DNA of 63,991 bases, filler included, from Octopus bimaculoides (lineage: Eukaryota): the NCBI RefSeq assembly GCF_001194135.2. It is 8 parts of 8 records of this genome, joined end to end, with 100 filler letters (N's around TTAATTAATTAA, not from the genome) between each part and the next. Parts side by side here need not be neighbours in the genome. Positions count along the whole stretch, not along the records: positions 1 to 18,166 come from NC_069009.1; positions 18,267 to 31,526 come from NC_068981.1; 6 more parts are not named here. The stretch is one strand, 5' to 3'. The notes below the pieces were generated by a model, which worked only from the letters and a program-made list of their open reading frames with translations, was not told the origin of the DNA and did no database searches. A program made the translations under genes and the position numbers. Below are positions 11,464 through 23,845 of the stretch, piece after piece. Position 1 is the stretch's first letter. Every line of letters begins with the position of its first letter.

Positions 11464-13635
11464 TTACTTCAGTTTGTATAGTAGGAGCTGCTTCATCACG
11501 TCTATGTCTCCATTACTACTAGCCAGATATAGAGGTGTCTTACCATCTTTATTCATCGCATCTGTATCAGCGTTAGAGAGTAATAGCTGCTTTACCATGT
11601 CTGTGTGTCCCTGAGCACTGGCTAGATGTAGGGGCGTGTTACCAGCTTTATCCACCGCACTTACATCAGATTTAGAGAGCAATAACTGCTTCACCATGTC
11701 CATGTGTCCACCAAGGCAGGCCAGATGTAAAGGTGTGTTACCATCTTTATCTACAACACTTACATCAGCTTTAGAGAGTAGTAGTTGCTTCACTATGTCT
11801 GTGAGTCCATGAACACATGTCAAATGTAGGGGTGTGTTACCATCTTTATTCGCCACATTGACGGCACCTTTATTTAGTAGGAGCTCCTTCAAGATATCTA
11901 TGTGTCCACGATCACATGCCAAATGTAGCGGTGTGTTACCATCTTTATTCGTGGTATTTACATCAGACTCAAACAAGATTAGCTGTTTCACCATGTCTGT
12001 ATGTCCCCTACGGCACGCTAGAAGCAGAGGTGTGTTACCATCTTTATTCTCCACATTGACAGTAGCTTTAGCTAGTAGGAGCTCCTTCAAGATATCTGCG
12101 TGTCCATGACCACAAGCCACATGTAGAGTTGTGTTGCCATGTTTATTCGCTACATTTACATCAGGATTAAACAGCAGAAGTTGTTTTACCATGTCTACTT
12201 GTCCGTGAACACAGAGCAGAAGTAGGGGCGTGTTACCATCTTTATTCACTACATTCATATCAGGGTCAAACAGTAGTAGGTCTTTCAGTATGTCTCTGTG
12301 TCCACAACGACAAACCAGATGTAATGGTGTGTTACCATCTTTATCTTCCACATTAACATCAGATTTAGAGAATAGGAGGTGCTTAGCTATGTTTGCGTGT
12401 CCATGACCACAGGCCAAATGTAGAGGTGTGTTACCATCTCTATTCACCACATTTACATCAAGTTCAAACTGTAATAGCTGTTTCACTATGTCCGTGTATC
12501 CATCAGGACAAGCCAGGTGTAGCGGTGTGTTACCATCATTATTCAGTACATTTACATCAGGTTCAAGCAGGAGTATCTGCTTCACCATGTCTGTCTGTCC
12601 ACGAACACAGGCCAGATGTAGTGGTGTGTTACCATCAATATTCGCCAAATTTATATTAGGTTTAGATAACAGTAGCTGTTTCACCATGTCTGTCTGTCCA
12701 CGAATACAGGCCAAATGTAGCGGTGTATTACTATCATTATTCACCAAATTTATATTGGGTTTAAATGACAGTAGCTGCTTCACCGTGTCTGCATGTCCAC
12801 GACCACACGCCAGATGTAGAGATGTGTTACCATCACTATTCACTAGATTTATGTCAGATTTAGAGAGCAGTAGCTGTTTTACTGTGTCTGTGTACCCACC
12901 ACGACAGGCCAAGTGGAGAGGTATATTACCATCTCTATCTGTCACATTTACATCAGGTTCAGACGTTAATAGCACTTCAACATCTGTGTGTCCACCAGAG
13001 CAAAACCAATGCAGGGGTGTGTAACCATATTTATCCTCCATATTTATATCAGGTTTAAAAAGTAGTAGCTGTTTAATTAGGCCTGTACTTCCATTAATAC
13101 ACGCCAAATGCAGAGGTGTGTGTTTGTACTTATTCACCAAGTCGACATGAGGCTCTTTTAGTTCTTCCTCATCGTCAGTAATTTTACCACTGTCGAACTG
13201 ATCCGGAGATATTTTCCCACTTTCTTTCAATACAGGATCTTTAGATTTGGATTGTGATTGTTTTTCACCAATGTCTCTGCTTTCATCACTATTGAGCAAA
13301 TTCAGAGTTTTTTTCCATTTATTTTTCACCACAGGAACTCTTGGATTGGACTGTAGTAGTATCTTAGCAGCGTCTTTGTGTTCATTAATACAGGCCAGAT
13401 GTAGGGGTGTGTTCCCATAACTATTCACTACCGTGACATCAGGTTTAGTAACTAGGAGATGTTCGATAACACCAATGCGTCCCCAACGGCAGGCCACATG
13501 TAGAGGAGTGTTACGACCTTTGTCTACCACATTAATATCGGGTTTAAACATTAACATCTTCTTCACTAGGCTCGTGTTCCCAACACTACAGGCCACATGG
13601 AGAGGTGTGTTACCGTGTTTGTCAGGTATAGTGAT
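11464..13635 (-). CDS. Main exon of an ankyrin-repeat protein (20 repeats, 723 codons)
   Basis: Acceptor ttctttctttttcag|ATC at 13635 (phase 0) extends the ORF to ITIPDKHGNTPLHVAC. There are 20 GxTPLHLAC..GH.D.VK.LL repeats at about 99-bp spacing, with a roughly 60-aa non-repeat insert after repeat 3. Stop TAA at 11464-11466. Confidence 0.95.
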   Translation of the reverse strand: MTIPDKHGNTPLHVACSVGNTSLVKKMLMFKPDINVVDKGRNTPLHVACRWGRIGVIEHLLVTKPDVTVVNSYGNTPLHLACINEHKDAAKILLQSNPRVPVVKNKWKKTLNLLNSDESRDIGEKQSQSKSKDPVLKESGKISPDQFDSGKITDDEEELKEPHVDLVNKYKHTPLHLACINGSTGLIKQLLLFKPDINMEDKYGYTPLHWFCSGGHTDVEVLLTSEPDVNVTDRDGNIPLHLACRGGYTDTVKQLLLSKSDINLVNSDGNTSLHLACGRGHADTVKQLLSFKPNINLVNNDSNTPLHLACIRGQTDMVKQLLLSKPNINLANIDGNTPLHLACVRGQTDMVKQILLLEPDVNVLNNDGNTPLHLACPDGYTDIVKQLLQFELDVNVVNRDGNTPLHLACGHGHANIAKHLLFSKSDVNVEDKDGNTPLHLVCRCGHRDILKDLLLFDPDMNVVNKDGNTPLLLLCVHGQVDMVKQLLLFNPDVNVANKHGNTTLHVACGHGHADILKELLLAKATVNVENKDGNTPLLLACRRGHTDMVKQLILFESDVNTTNKDGNTPLHLACDRGHIDILKELLLNKGAVNVANKDGNTPLHLTCVHGLTDIVKQLLLSKADVSVVDKDGNTPLHLACLGGHMDMVKQLLLSKSDVSAVDKAGNTPLHLASAQGHTDMVKQLLLSNADTDAMNKDGKTPLYLASSNGDIDVMKQLLLYKLK

Positions 13636-13808
13636 CTGAAAAAGAAAGAAGACATATTACAAATAATGTCTAGATAGGGTGGTACAAGAACAGAAAGAGA
13701 AAAAGTGAATCAAAGTCATAAACAGGAGTAATGATGATAGTGAGGGAGAAATAGTGAAAAGGTGAGGTTTATATTGTAATTATGCTTAAAAAGGAGCACC
13801 TACATCCG

Positions 13809-13848
<40 letters not shown>

Positions 13849-14291
13849 NNNNNNNNNNNNNNNNNNNNNNNNNNNNNNNNNNNNNNNNNNNNNNNNNNNN
13901 NNNNNNNNNNNNNNNNNNNNNNNNNNNNNNNNNNNNNNNNNNNNNNNNNNNNNNNNNNNNNNNNNNNNNNNNNNNNNNNNNNNNNNNNNNNNNNNNNNNN
14001 NNNNNNNNNNNNNNNNNNNNNNNNNNNNNNNNNNNNNNNNNNNNNNNNNNNNNNNNNNNNNNNNNNNNNNNNNNNNNNNNNNNNNNNNNNNNNNNNNNNN
14101 NNNNNNNNNNNNNNNNNNNNNNNNNNNNNNNNNNNNNNNNNNNNNNNNNNNNNNNNNNNNNNNNNNNNNNNNNNNNNNNNNNNNNNNNNNNNNNNNNNNN
14201 NNNNNNNNNNNNNNNNNNNNNNNNNNNNNNNNNNNNNNNNNNNNNNNNNNNNNNNNNNNNNNNNNNNNNNNNNNNNNNNNNNNNNNNNNNN

Positions 14292-14610
14292 CAAGTGTCT
14301 TCTACTATAGCCTCGGGCCGACCAAAGCCTTGTGAGTGGATTTGGTAGACGGAAACTGAAAGAAGCCTGTCGTATATATGTATATATATATATGTATGTG
14401 TGTTTGTGTGTCTGTGTTTGTCCCCCCACCATCTCTTGACAACCGATGCTGGTGTGTTTACGTCCCCGTAACTTAGCGGTTCGGCAAAAAGAGACCGATA
14501 GAATAAGTACTAGGCTTCTAAAGAATAAGTCCTGGGGTCGATTTGTTCGACTAAAAGCGGTGCTCCAGCATGGCCGCAGTCAAATAACTGAAACAAGTTA
14601 AAGAGTAGAA
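14292..14610 (+). repeat. SINE family A copy (5' part lost in gap) in ankyrin gene intron
   Basis: Near-identical to 40421-40795: CAAGTGTCTTCTACTATAGCC...GGTGCTCCAGCATGGCCGCAGTCAAAT. Confidence 0.85.
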
Positions 14611-14645
14611 TAAAGTCTGAAAAGACAATGTGGAGAGTAGCTTAC

Positions 14646-14729
14646 TTTATCTGGGTTCCTTTTTAGAATTTCGTTAACATAGTCAGTGTCCATTTGCATA
14701 ATTCTCTGCGTAATCAAATCAATTGCCAT
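14646..14729 (-). CDS. Start-codon exon of the ankyrin gene (MAIDLITQRIMQMDTDYVNEILKRNPDK)
   Basis: Strong acceptor at 14748, an in-frame TAA upstream of caacATGG (14729), 28 codons, and phase-0 donor AAA|gtaagc. The join to 13635 gives VNEILKRNPDK-ITIPDKHGNTPLH, which completes an ankyrin-like cap. Full protein 751 aa. Confidence 0.85.
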
Positions 14730-14994
14730 GTTGTTTTATTGAAAGATGCTGAAAAGGAACGAAGGAAAAATAATTTGCAAACGAAGTCTTCTCTTTTGCA
14801 CATTACATCTGATTCCTCTTCTGCACAATTTTTCTCTCAGCATATTTGGAGTTTGTTATGATGCATACTAACATTTAACATGAAGCAATGTGTGTGTGTG
14901 TGTGTATGCATACATACATATAAATATATAAATATAATACATATAGATATATAGTGCAAGTAAATATGTGCGTATGAGTGTGTGTGTGTGTGTT

Positions 14995-15105
<111 letters not shown>

Positions 15106-15554
15106 TCGAAGCTTCGAATTCACTCAAAATACAATTATTGTTAATCATAAATTTGCATTCTATGAAAGTAACTGGATAAATGTCTTTGGATAAATGGAAA
15201 ATTGGTTTCGTTATAACTGAACATAAAAGAAGCACGCACACACATACACGCACACACACTCGCACACGCACACAGACACACACGCACACAGACACACAGG
15301 CACACAGGCACACATAAATGTGAGTGTGTGTGTATAACGTATATATGGTTATGCATATATGCACATATATATGTACGAATATACATGCATATTTATATCA
15401 ACACACACAAAACACACACATACGCACGCACACACAAATAATATGTGTGCGTGTGTGTGTGTGTGTGTTTAACATAGTAAAACTATTCTATTCCCAGAGC
15501 TACATTTAAATCGTGTCCCAGTACAAGAATTAAGAACAAAATATTCCACCTTAC

Positions 15555-15620
15555 CTTAAAACCAGGGAATATTCAGCTGGCTATATCTTTTAAACTTGTC
15601 AGATGCAATTTTGCTTTCTT
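15555..15620 (-). other. Candidate non-coding 5'UTR exon of the ankyrin gene
   Basis: Strong donor AAG|gtaagg at 15555/15554 and plausible acceptor tttcaatcttatag| at 15620. The exon at 14748 needs an upstream exon. Confidence 0.3.
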
Positions 15621-15934
15621 CTATAAGATTGAAATGTGTTGTCTTCGTTTATTCTCAACAAATAAAGCCATTCATTTTAATATTTCCTAAAGTTTTATCT
15701 CCATTTTCCCCTCCGACTTCCAATTCTACTATACCACTTATTCAAAATCTCTTATAATCATTTTTTTTTTCAATTGTATACATTTGTTTAGTCAAGTGTG
15801 AAATTAAATTTGCTTGGAATTTTTTTTGCGAGAAAATATAATTCATTTCATTGACTACAACTAAGCAACCCATACAATGGTTGAAAACCAACAATGTTTG
15901 TATACATACATATATGTATATATGTATGTATGCA

Positions 15935-16006
<72 letters not shown>

Positions 16007-16010
<4 letters not shown>

Positions 16011-16550
16011 GTTGTTTCAAATGAAATTTCGTATTTGAAATAACAATAAAATGTTTCAGAAGTGTTAGAGAACTGATTTATTTCATCAAAGTATGATCCA
16101 TGTTCATTTATGACGTTTACCTAACTTTTCATTATGTCATATGTTCCATCTTTAAAAAGAAAAAATTCATTTTTTGCTGCGATAAACTGTTCGACTGCTT
16201 CAATTACCTCTTCTCTATTTAAAAATGTTTTATTGCTTATGAAAAGCTCAAAATGCTTAAATAAAATGCTGATCAGTAGCAGAGATATCAAGAGAATAGG
16301 GAGGATCTTGAAAAATCTCATAATTCAGGCTTTTCAACTTTTAGACTGTAACTTGAGAAGTGTGAGGAAGTGCATTGTCACGGAGCAAAATTGGGTCATC
16401 TCTATTCACTGGGCTGGGTTGTTTCTTATTCAAATTCTCGTGCATACAATCAATTTCCTGACCATACGATGCTGCTGTTACCGTTGTTCCTTATTGCAAA
16501 AATGAATAATGAATAACTCCCTTCGCAGACCACCATAGAGTGACCACTAA
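16007..16550 (-). mobile_element. Mariner transposase C-terminal half with one TIR
   Basis: Minus strand: LWWSAKGVIH, GTTVTAASY, VNRDDPILLRDNALPHTSQVTV*KLKSLNYEIFQDPPYSLDISATDQHF, KTFLNREEV..AVEQFIAAK. TIR-like TTAGGTTGTTTCAAATGAAAT at 16007 abuts (TA)n. Confidence 0.85.
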
Positions 16551-17233
16551 CATCTTGTGTATGTAAACAACAAAATGAAACCATTGATCATGTAGTTTTC
16601 ATATACAGTCTTCTTGCGCCTACAGAGTATCTCAGAGTATCTGCCCCATGATAAAAACTATTGGGAACACAAGCCACCTCGCGTGCTTGAAAATGACTCT
16701 ATCCCATTCCTCACCGTTCAAACTGGCAGAAAGATAGATGCGAATAGGCCAGACATTACATAAAAGGTCTTCAGACAAAAATCATGCGTCCACATCGATA
16801 TGATTGTCACAATCGACGCACCAAAAACTGAGCAAGCATAAAGTTCTTGAAATAGAAATTGGCAAAATGTGGAGCCTCAAGACTAGAACAATATCTGTTG
16901 TCATAGTTGCCGTAGGAATGATAGCAAAAGGGGCTGATTGCTAGCCCAGCTACCAGGAATTCCAAATATGGTAGAAATCCAAAAGACAGCGCTCTTGGGA
17001 ACTGCCCGTACCCTACGTAAAATACTGCCTATGTAAACTCAAACGTTAAAACAAACTCATAATTTTCTTATGTTTTCTTAAACATTCTCTAGAACAATAC
17101 TTCGTGGAAAACCAAATATATGACACCCTAGGCATAACACCAACTTGAATTTCAAACTTGTTGTCTCTTGAGGTCTCTGGATGAAACTTGGAGCCAACTT
17201 GTACAAATACAAAGCTAAAGTCAAACATATAAC
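16551..17233 (+). mobile_element. R4/Dong-clade LINE 3' end, copy A (restriction-like endonuclease plus 3'UTR)
   Basis: CKQQNETIDHVV...LAPTEYL, WEHKPPRVLEND, RKIDANRPDI, LEIEIGKMWSLKTRTISVVI, EIQKTALLGTARTLRKILPM* (stop 17034-17036), followed by a 3'UTR and an (AAT)n tail. Confidence 0.85.
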
Positions 17234-17734
<501 letters not shown>

Positions 17735-18130
17735 ATGTTATTAAAATTTTCATATGTATCCCCTTCCAACATAAATGACCATGTGTTTGCACCTAGAAAG
17801 TTCCCCTCCGAGGCACAATTCCGGATAAGACCAGCGATTAGATATGCATAGCAGCCATCCCTCGCACGTCACTGTGTCGTGCTCAAGAACACAACAAACA
17901 GCCTGGTGCAGGAATCGAAATATCATTACCTCATGATTGTGAACCCGACGCTCTAACCCCACTGGGCTATGCGATTTCACATGCGTGTGTGTGTGTGCGA
18001 GTGTGTGTATGTGCGTGTCAGCGTGTATATATATATATATATATATAAAAAATTAATTAAGGTACTCAGAAACCTGGATGTTTGTACATTTACAGATTTT
18101 TATTAATGTCACATATTAAATGAAGCGCTT

Positions 18131-18166
18131 TTCACCTAGTCGTGTAAACCTACACGACTAGGTGAA
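18131..18166. repeat. Perfect 16-bp inverted repeat at a contig end
   Basis: TTCACCTAGTCGTGTA-aacc-TACACGACTAGGTGAA, immediately followed by an N spacer. Confidence 0.9.
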
Positions 18167-18266
18167 NNNNNNNNNNNNNNNNNNNNNNNNNNNNNNNNNN
18201 NNNNNNNNNNTTAATTAATTAANNNNNNNNNNNNNNNNNNNNNNNNNNNNNNNNNNNNNNNNNNNN
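18167..18266. other. Artificial 100-bp scaffold-join spacer (N44-TTAATTAATTAA-N44); others near 31571, 40221, 48863, 58426, 61562 and 62841
   Basis: An identical six-frame-stop 12-mer is embedded in N runs seven times. Confidence 0.95.
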
Positions 18267-18930
18267 TATATGCATATGTACTTTTCCTTCTAAATCTTTA
18301 TTTATGTACATATTTGCTTATTCTTACTCTTTGCATTTCGATATGGAACCGAAGAAAGAGAATATTACAAGAAAATCTTGAATATTCGCAGATTCTGGTG
18401 GTGGAGATGATGTTGGCAATGTTAGAAACGAATAGATAAATACATAAGTAAAGGGAAGAATTCTATGCCTGAAGATGAAAGTCTGCGTACAACGAAGATT
18501 TTAGATTTGAAGAATTTGGTAATTTTTTCTTTTTTTTTTTTTCTTTGACTTTTGTAAACTCTTCTTCTTTCACTCGTTCTTCTGTTGCTTGTCATTGGAT
18601 ACACATTTATGGTTGTTATTGATGTTGTTGTTGTTGAAGTTGATGTTTTAGTATTGTAGGTTTTTAGAGTTGGAGATCGAATGATGTTTAAAAAATGGCA
18701 AATAGATTGGGGAAACACGTGTGTGTGTATCTATGTATGTATGTATGTGTGTGTATGTGTATGTCTGTGTGTGTGTGTGTGTGTATACGTACACATATAT
18801 GGTCTAATATTTGAACGTGTACCATATACATATGTAGGCCCATATGGCTATTTTAAACGTACGCAATATGTGTGTGCGTCTGTATGCGGGTGTGTAAAAC
18901 TCAATATGGATATATTCATTAATGTGTACT

Positions 18931-18989
<59 letters not shown>

Positions 18990-20097
18990 NNNNNNNNNNN
19001 NNNNNNNNNNNNNNNNNNNNNNNNNNNNNNNNNNNNNNNNNNNNNNNNNNNNNNNNNNNNNNNNNNNNNNNNNNNNNNNNNNNNNNNNNNNNNNNNNNNN
19101 NNNNNNNNNNNNNNNNNNNNNNNNNNNNNNNNNNNNNNNNNNNNNNNNNNNNNNNNNNNNNNNNNNNNNNNNNNNNNNNNNNNNNNNNNNNNNNNNNNNN
19201 NNNNNNNNNNNNNNNNNNNNNNNNNNNNNNNNNNNNNNNNNNNNNNNNNNNNNNNNNNNNNNNNNNNNNNNNNNNNNNNNNNNNNNNNNNNNNNNNNNNN
19301 NNNNNNNNNNNNNNNNNNNNNNNNNNNNNNNNNNNNNNNNNNNNNNNNNNNNNNNNNNNNNNNNNNNNNNNNNNNNNNNNNNNNNNNNNNNNNNNNNNNN
19401 NNNNNNNNNNNNNNNNNNNNNNNNNNNNNNNNNNNNNNNNNNNNNNNNNNNNNNNNNNNNNNNNNNNNNNNNNNNNNNNNNNNNNNNNNNNNNNNNNNNN
19501 NNNNNNNNNNNNNNNNNNNNNNNNNNNNNNNNNNNNNNNNNNNNNNNNNNNNNNNNNNNNNNNNNNNNNNNNNNNNNNNNNNNNNNNNNNNNNNNNNNNN
19601 NNNNNNNNNNNNNNNNNNNNNNNNNNNNNNNNNNNNNNNNNNNNNNNNNNNNNNNNNNNNNNNNNNNNNNNNNNNNNNNNNNNNNNNNNNNNNNNNNNNN
19701 NNNNNNNNNNNNNNNNNNNNNNNNNNNNNNNNNNNNNNNNNNNNNNNNNNNNNNNNNNNNNNNNNNNNNNNNNNNNNNNNNNNNNNNNNNNNNNNNNNNN
19801 NNNNNNNNNNNNNNNNNATTATGTTTTATATATATATATATATATATATTATTTTGCTTAAAAGAGTTCCAACACTGTCTGTTTTTTATGTTTTATTTAT
19901 ATTCCTGCAGAACTAATGTGGGGTATAGAATATGGAATATACAATATATAATATGATATACAATATATAATATAAAATAAAATAAAATAAAAATGGATGG
20001 CACCATGAAAGAAAGTATTGAATGTAGATGAAATATTGAGTGTTCAATATAAAGGATCAAATATATAAATATATAAATATAAATATATATATATAAA

Positions 20098-20137
20098 GGC
20101 GACTCGAGTTTCAGGGCTATTTCTCTTCGTCATGGCC
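20098..20137 (-). ncRNA. Degenerate minimal type-I hammerhead ribozyme motif (Penelope-type)
   Basis: Minus strand GGC-C(A)TGACGA-AGAG-aaatag-CCCT-GAAA-C-TCGA-G-TC-GCC has a 3-bp stem I, 3/4 stem II, palindromic TCGA in stem III and a GTC cleavage triplet. The core carries one extra A. Confidence 0.55.
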
Positions 20138-20441
20138 GGTATGACAGACTTTAACAGACTGTAATAAGTTGGCTGGTTTTATATATATATATATATGTAT
20201 GTATACATACAGACATATACACATGAATAAATATACATATCAAATATATATACACATATAGAAATAAATACAGACACCGTAGTTTTTGGCGTATAAGTCG
20301 AAATTTTCATACAAAAATTTATAACCAAAAATGTAGGTTGATTTATACACTGACATCTTTGGAGAACCAAGAATTATTTGCATCAGAATTTAGAAAGACA
20401 GTGACCATATTTGAACGTTTACACTACGCCGGAATATATAT

Positions 20442-20499
<58 letters not shown>

Positions 20500-21981
20500 N
20501 NNNNNNNNNNNNNNNNNNNNNNNNNNNNNNNNNNNNNNNNNNNNNNNNNNNNNNNNNNNNNNNNNNNNNNNNNNNNNNNNNNNNNNNNNNNNNNNNNNNN
20601 NNNNNNNNNNNNNNNNNNNNNNNNNNNNNNNNNNNNNNNNNNNNNNNNNNNNNNNNNNNNNNNNNNNNNNNNNNNNNNNNNNNNNNNNNNNNNNNNNNNN
20701 NNNNNNNNNNNNNNNNNNNNNNNNNNNNNNNNNNNNNNNNNNNNNNNNNNNNNNNNNNNNNNNNNNNNNNNNNNNNNNNNNNNNNNNNNNNNNNNNNNNN
20801 NNNNNNNNNNNNNNNNNNNNNNNNNNNNNNNNNNNNNNNNNNNNNNNNNNNNNNNNNNNNNNNNNNNNNNNNNNNNNNNNNNNNNNNNNNNNNNNNNNNN
20901 NNNNNNNNNNNNNNNNNNNNNNNNNNNNNNNNNNNNNNNNNNNNNNNNNNNNNNNNNNNNNNNNNNNNNNNNNNNNNNNNNNNNNNNNNNNNNNNNNNNN
21001 NNNNNNNNNNNNNNNNNNNNNNNNNNNNNNNNNNNNNNNNNNNNNNNNNNNNNNNNNNNNNNNNNNNNNNNNNNNNNNNNNNNNNNNNNNNNNNNNNNNN
21101 NNNNNNNNNNNNNNNNNNNNNNNNATATGATAATAATATTAGGGATAAAAATCCAAATTTACAGGGACAAAATTCAATTTAATTTTCTATATGTGATTGT
21201 GGATTTTCATGGATGAATTCAATAATTGTGGGGTTTTCTTTTCTTTAAATTATATATATATATATATATGACTTCAATTACTGTAGAAATTGACCTGACA
21301 AACGTTCTAAAGTGAAATTTAAAGTTCAATAAAATCACTTATGGATATTTTTTTTTACAAAATATTGGTTTTGTATTTCGCGGAAATAGATTCATATTAT
21401 TTATTTTTTAGTCTAATTTCATAAAAACTATGAAAATTTGCAGACGACACATTTATATCCCCTTCATATACACCCTTGTATTGGAGGCATATAATCGTGC
21501 CTGATTTTGTTTGCGCATATATATATGGTCTGGTATCCTCTGTCAAACATTGCATATACTTTGTCAGAATTTGATACATTTGAAGGTATTGGTTTTTCTA
21601 AGCATTATTCCGTATATGGACAGTTGTGTTGCCCACGTCTTCGGCTGCAACCAGTATTTTTACCGTTTTGGTTCCAAAATTAAAATGTTTACCATTTCAT
21701 GAAGGGATGATTGATTTACTTTAATCTTATCCAAGACTATTTTCGCTAAATTTAATATCAAAATGGCAAAAGTTTCTTATTTTATAAAAAATTTCTCATA
21801 ATTCTTAATTCATTTCAAAATCAATTGAAATTAGTAAATCTAACAGAAGAGGGCTATTAAGACCATTGAAAACAACTGTAAAATCCCGTTGCATCTGCTT
21901 ATACACACACATACGCACACATTATTATTTGTAATATCATATTATCGAACGCCACGCATCCATTTGTAAGTAAGTTTTAAC

Positions 21982-22036
<55 letters not shown>

Positions 22037-22831
22037 NNNNNNNNNNNNNNNNNNNNNNNNNNNNNNNNNNNNNNNNNNNNNNNNNNNNNNNNNNNNNNNN
22101 NNNNNNNNNNNNNNNNNNNNNNNNNNNNNNNNNNNNNNNNNNNNNNNNNNNNNNNNNNNNNNNNNNNNNNNNNNNNNNNNNNNNNNNNNNNNNNNNNNNN
22201 NNNNNNNNNNNNNNNNNNNNNNNNNNNNNNNNNNNNNNNNNNNNNNNNNNNNNNNNNNNNNNNNNNNNNNNNNNNNNNNNNNNNNNNNNNNNNNNNNNNN
22301 NNNNNNNNNNNNNNNNNNNNNNNNNNNNNNNNNNNNNNNNNNNNNNNNNNNNNNNNNNNNNNNNNNNNNNNNNNNNNNNNNNNNNNNNNNNNNNNNNNNN
22401 NNNNNNNNNNNNNNNNNNNNNNNNNNNNNNNNNNNNNNNNNNNNNNNNNNNNNNNNNNNNNNNNNNNNNNNNNNNNNNNNNNNNNNNNNNNNNNNNNNNN
22501 NNNNNNNNNNNNNNNNNNNNNNNNNNNNNNNNNNNNNNNNNNNNNNNNNNNNNNNNNNNNNNNNNNNNNNNNNNNNNNNNNNNNNNNNNNNNNNNNNNNN
22601 NNNNNNNNNNNNNNNNNNNNNNNNNNNNNNNNNNNNNNNNNNNNNNNNNNNNNNNNNNNNNNNNNNNNNNNNNNNNNNNNNNNNNNNNNNNNNNNNNNNN
22701 NNNNNNNNNNNNNNNNNNNNNNNNNNNNNNNNNNNNNNNNNNNNNNNNNNNNNNNNNNNNNNNNNNNNNNNNNNNNNNNNNNNNNNNNNNNNNNNNNNNN
22801 TACATGTATATATATATATCTATATATGTAT

Positions 22832-22867
<36 letters not shown>

Positions 22868-22949
22868 TGCATACGTACTTACACGAACGTGTGTATGTGT
22901 GTGTGTACATACACATCTGTTTTCTACATGTAAATATACATACATGGAT

Positions 22950-22980
<31 letters not shown>

Positions 22981-23792
22981 GCGCGCATACACGAATACTG
23001 TTAGCAAATTTTCTAGATCGAGATCAATATTCTTGTACTGCAAGAAGGCAACAGACGAAATAATCTGAAGAATTGAGGATAAATTTATAATGAACAACAC
23101 ATACAGAAACACACACACACACACACATATGCTCACTCACGCACTCGTGCGCTCGCGCAGGCACACACACAAGCACACACACAATTACACAAACGTACTG
23201 GTGTAGACATAGCCACACGCATTCACTCAACTGACCGACATACGCTTAGTCCCTCTCACACAAACGGATACACTAAAATATGCATGCACACACACACACA
23301 CATTCTTGACGCATACGCACAGCTATATATGTGTAGAAGAATTCTGAAGAGAATGGAAAGGCTTAGAGGTTTTTCACAGACAGACAGACTTCGAAAAGTG
23401 GCAGGGAGAGACCAAAATATTATTGTAGAAACCAGGTAAATACACCAACTGACCACAGATCAGCCGGTCAAAGCAGACACCAACAGATCAACCAGCCTAC
23501 CAGCTAGTCACCCAATCCATTCATGGAAAGAAAAAACATTCGAAAACAGAACAAAAGTCAGCAAAACACCATATTTGTTGTTTTTAATGAATGGCTGTGT
23601 ATATGAGGGAAGTGGAGGAGGAGGAGGAGGAGGAGGGGGAGGGGGAGAGGAGCAGGAGCAGGGGTTGAATAAGAGGAAGGAGGAATGGGGTACGAAGGTT
23701 TGTAGTGAAGAGTACTAGATAAGGGTACACGGGTATTGTTGTTATGACTAGCAGTATTGTGTCAAATAACAGGTGAGAGCATAGAGAGGCGG

Positions 23793-23845
<53 letters not shown>

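Noticed and set aside
11378-13639. Plus-strand ORFs with repeating CFTMSVCP/SGVLPSLF
   Set aside because: Antisense shadows of the ankyrin codons.
18211-18222. Recurrent TTAATTAATTAA motif (7 copies)
   Set aside because: Always centred in 44-N flanks and gives stops in all six frames, so it is an artificial join spacer, not biology.
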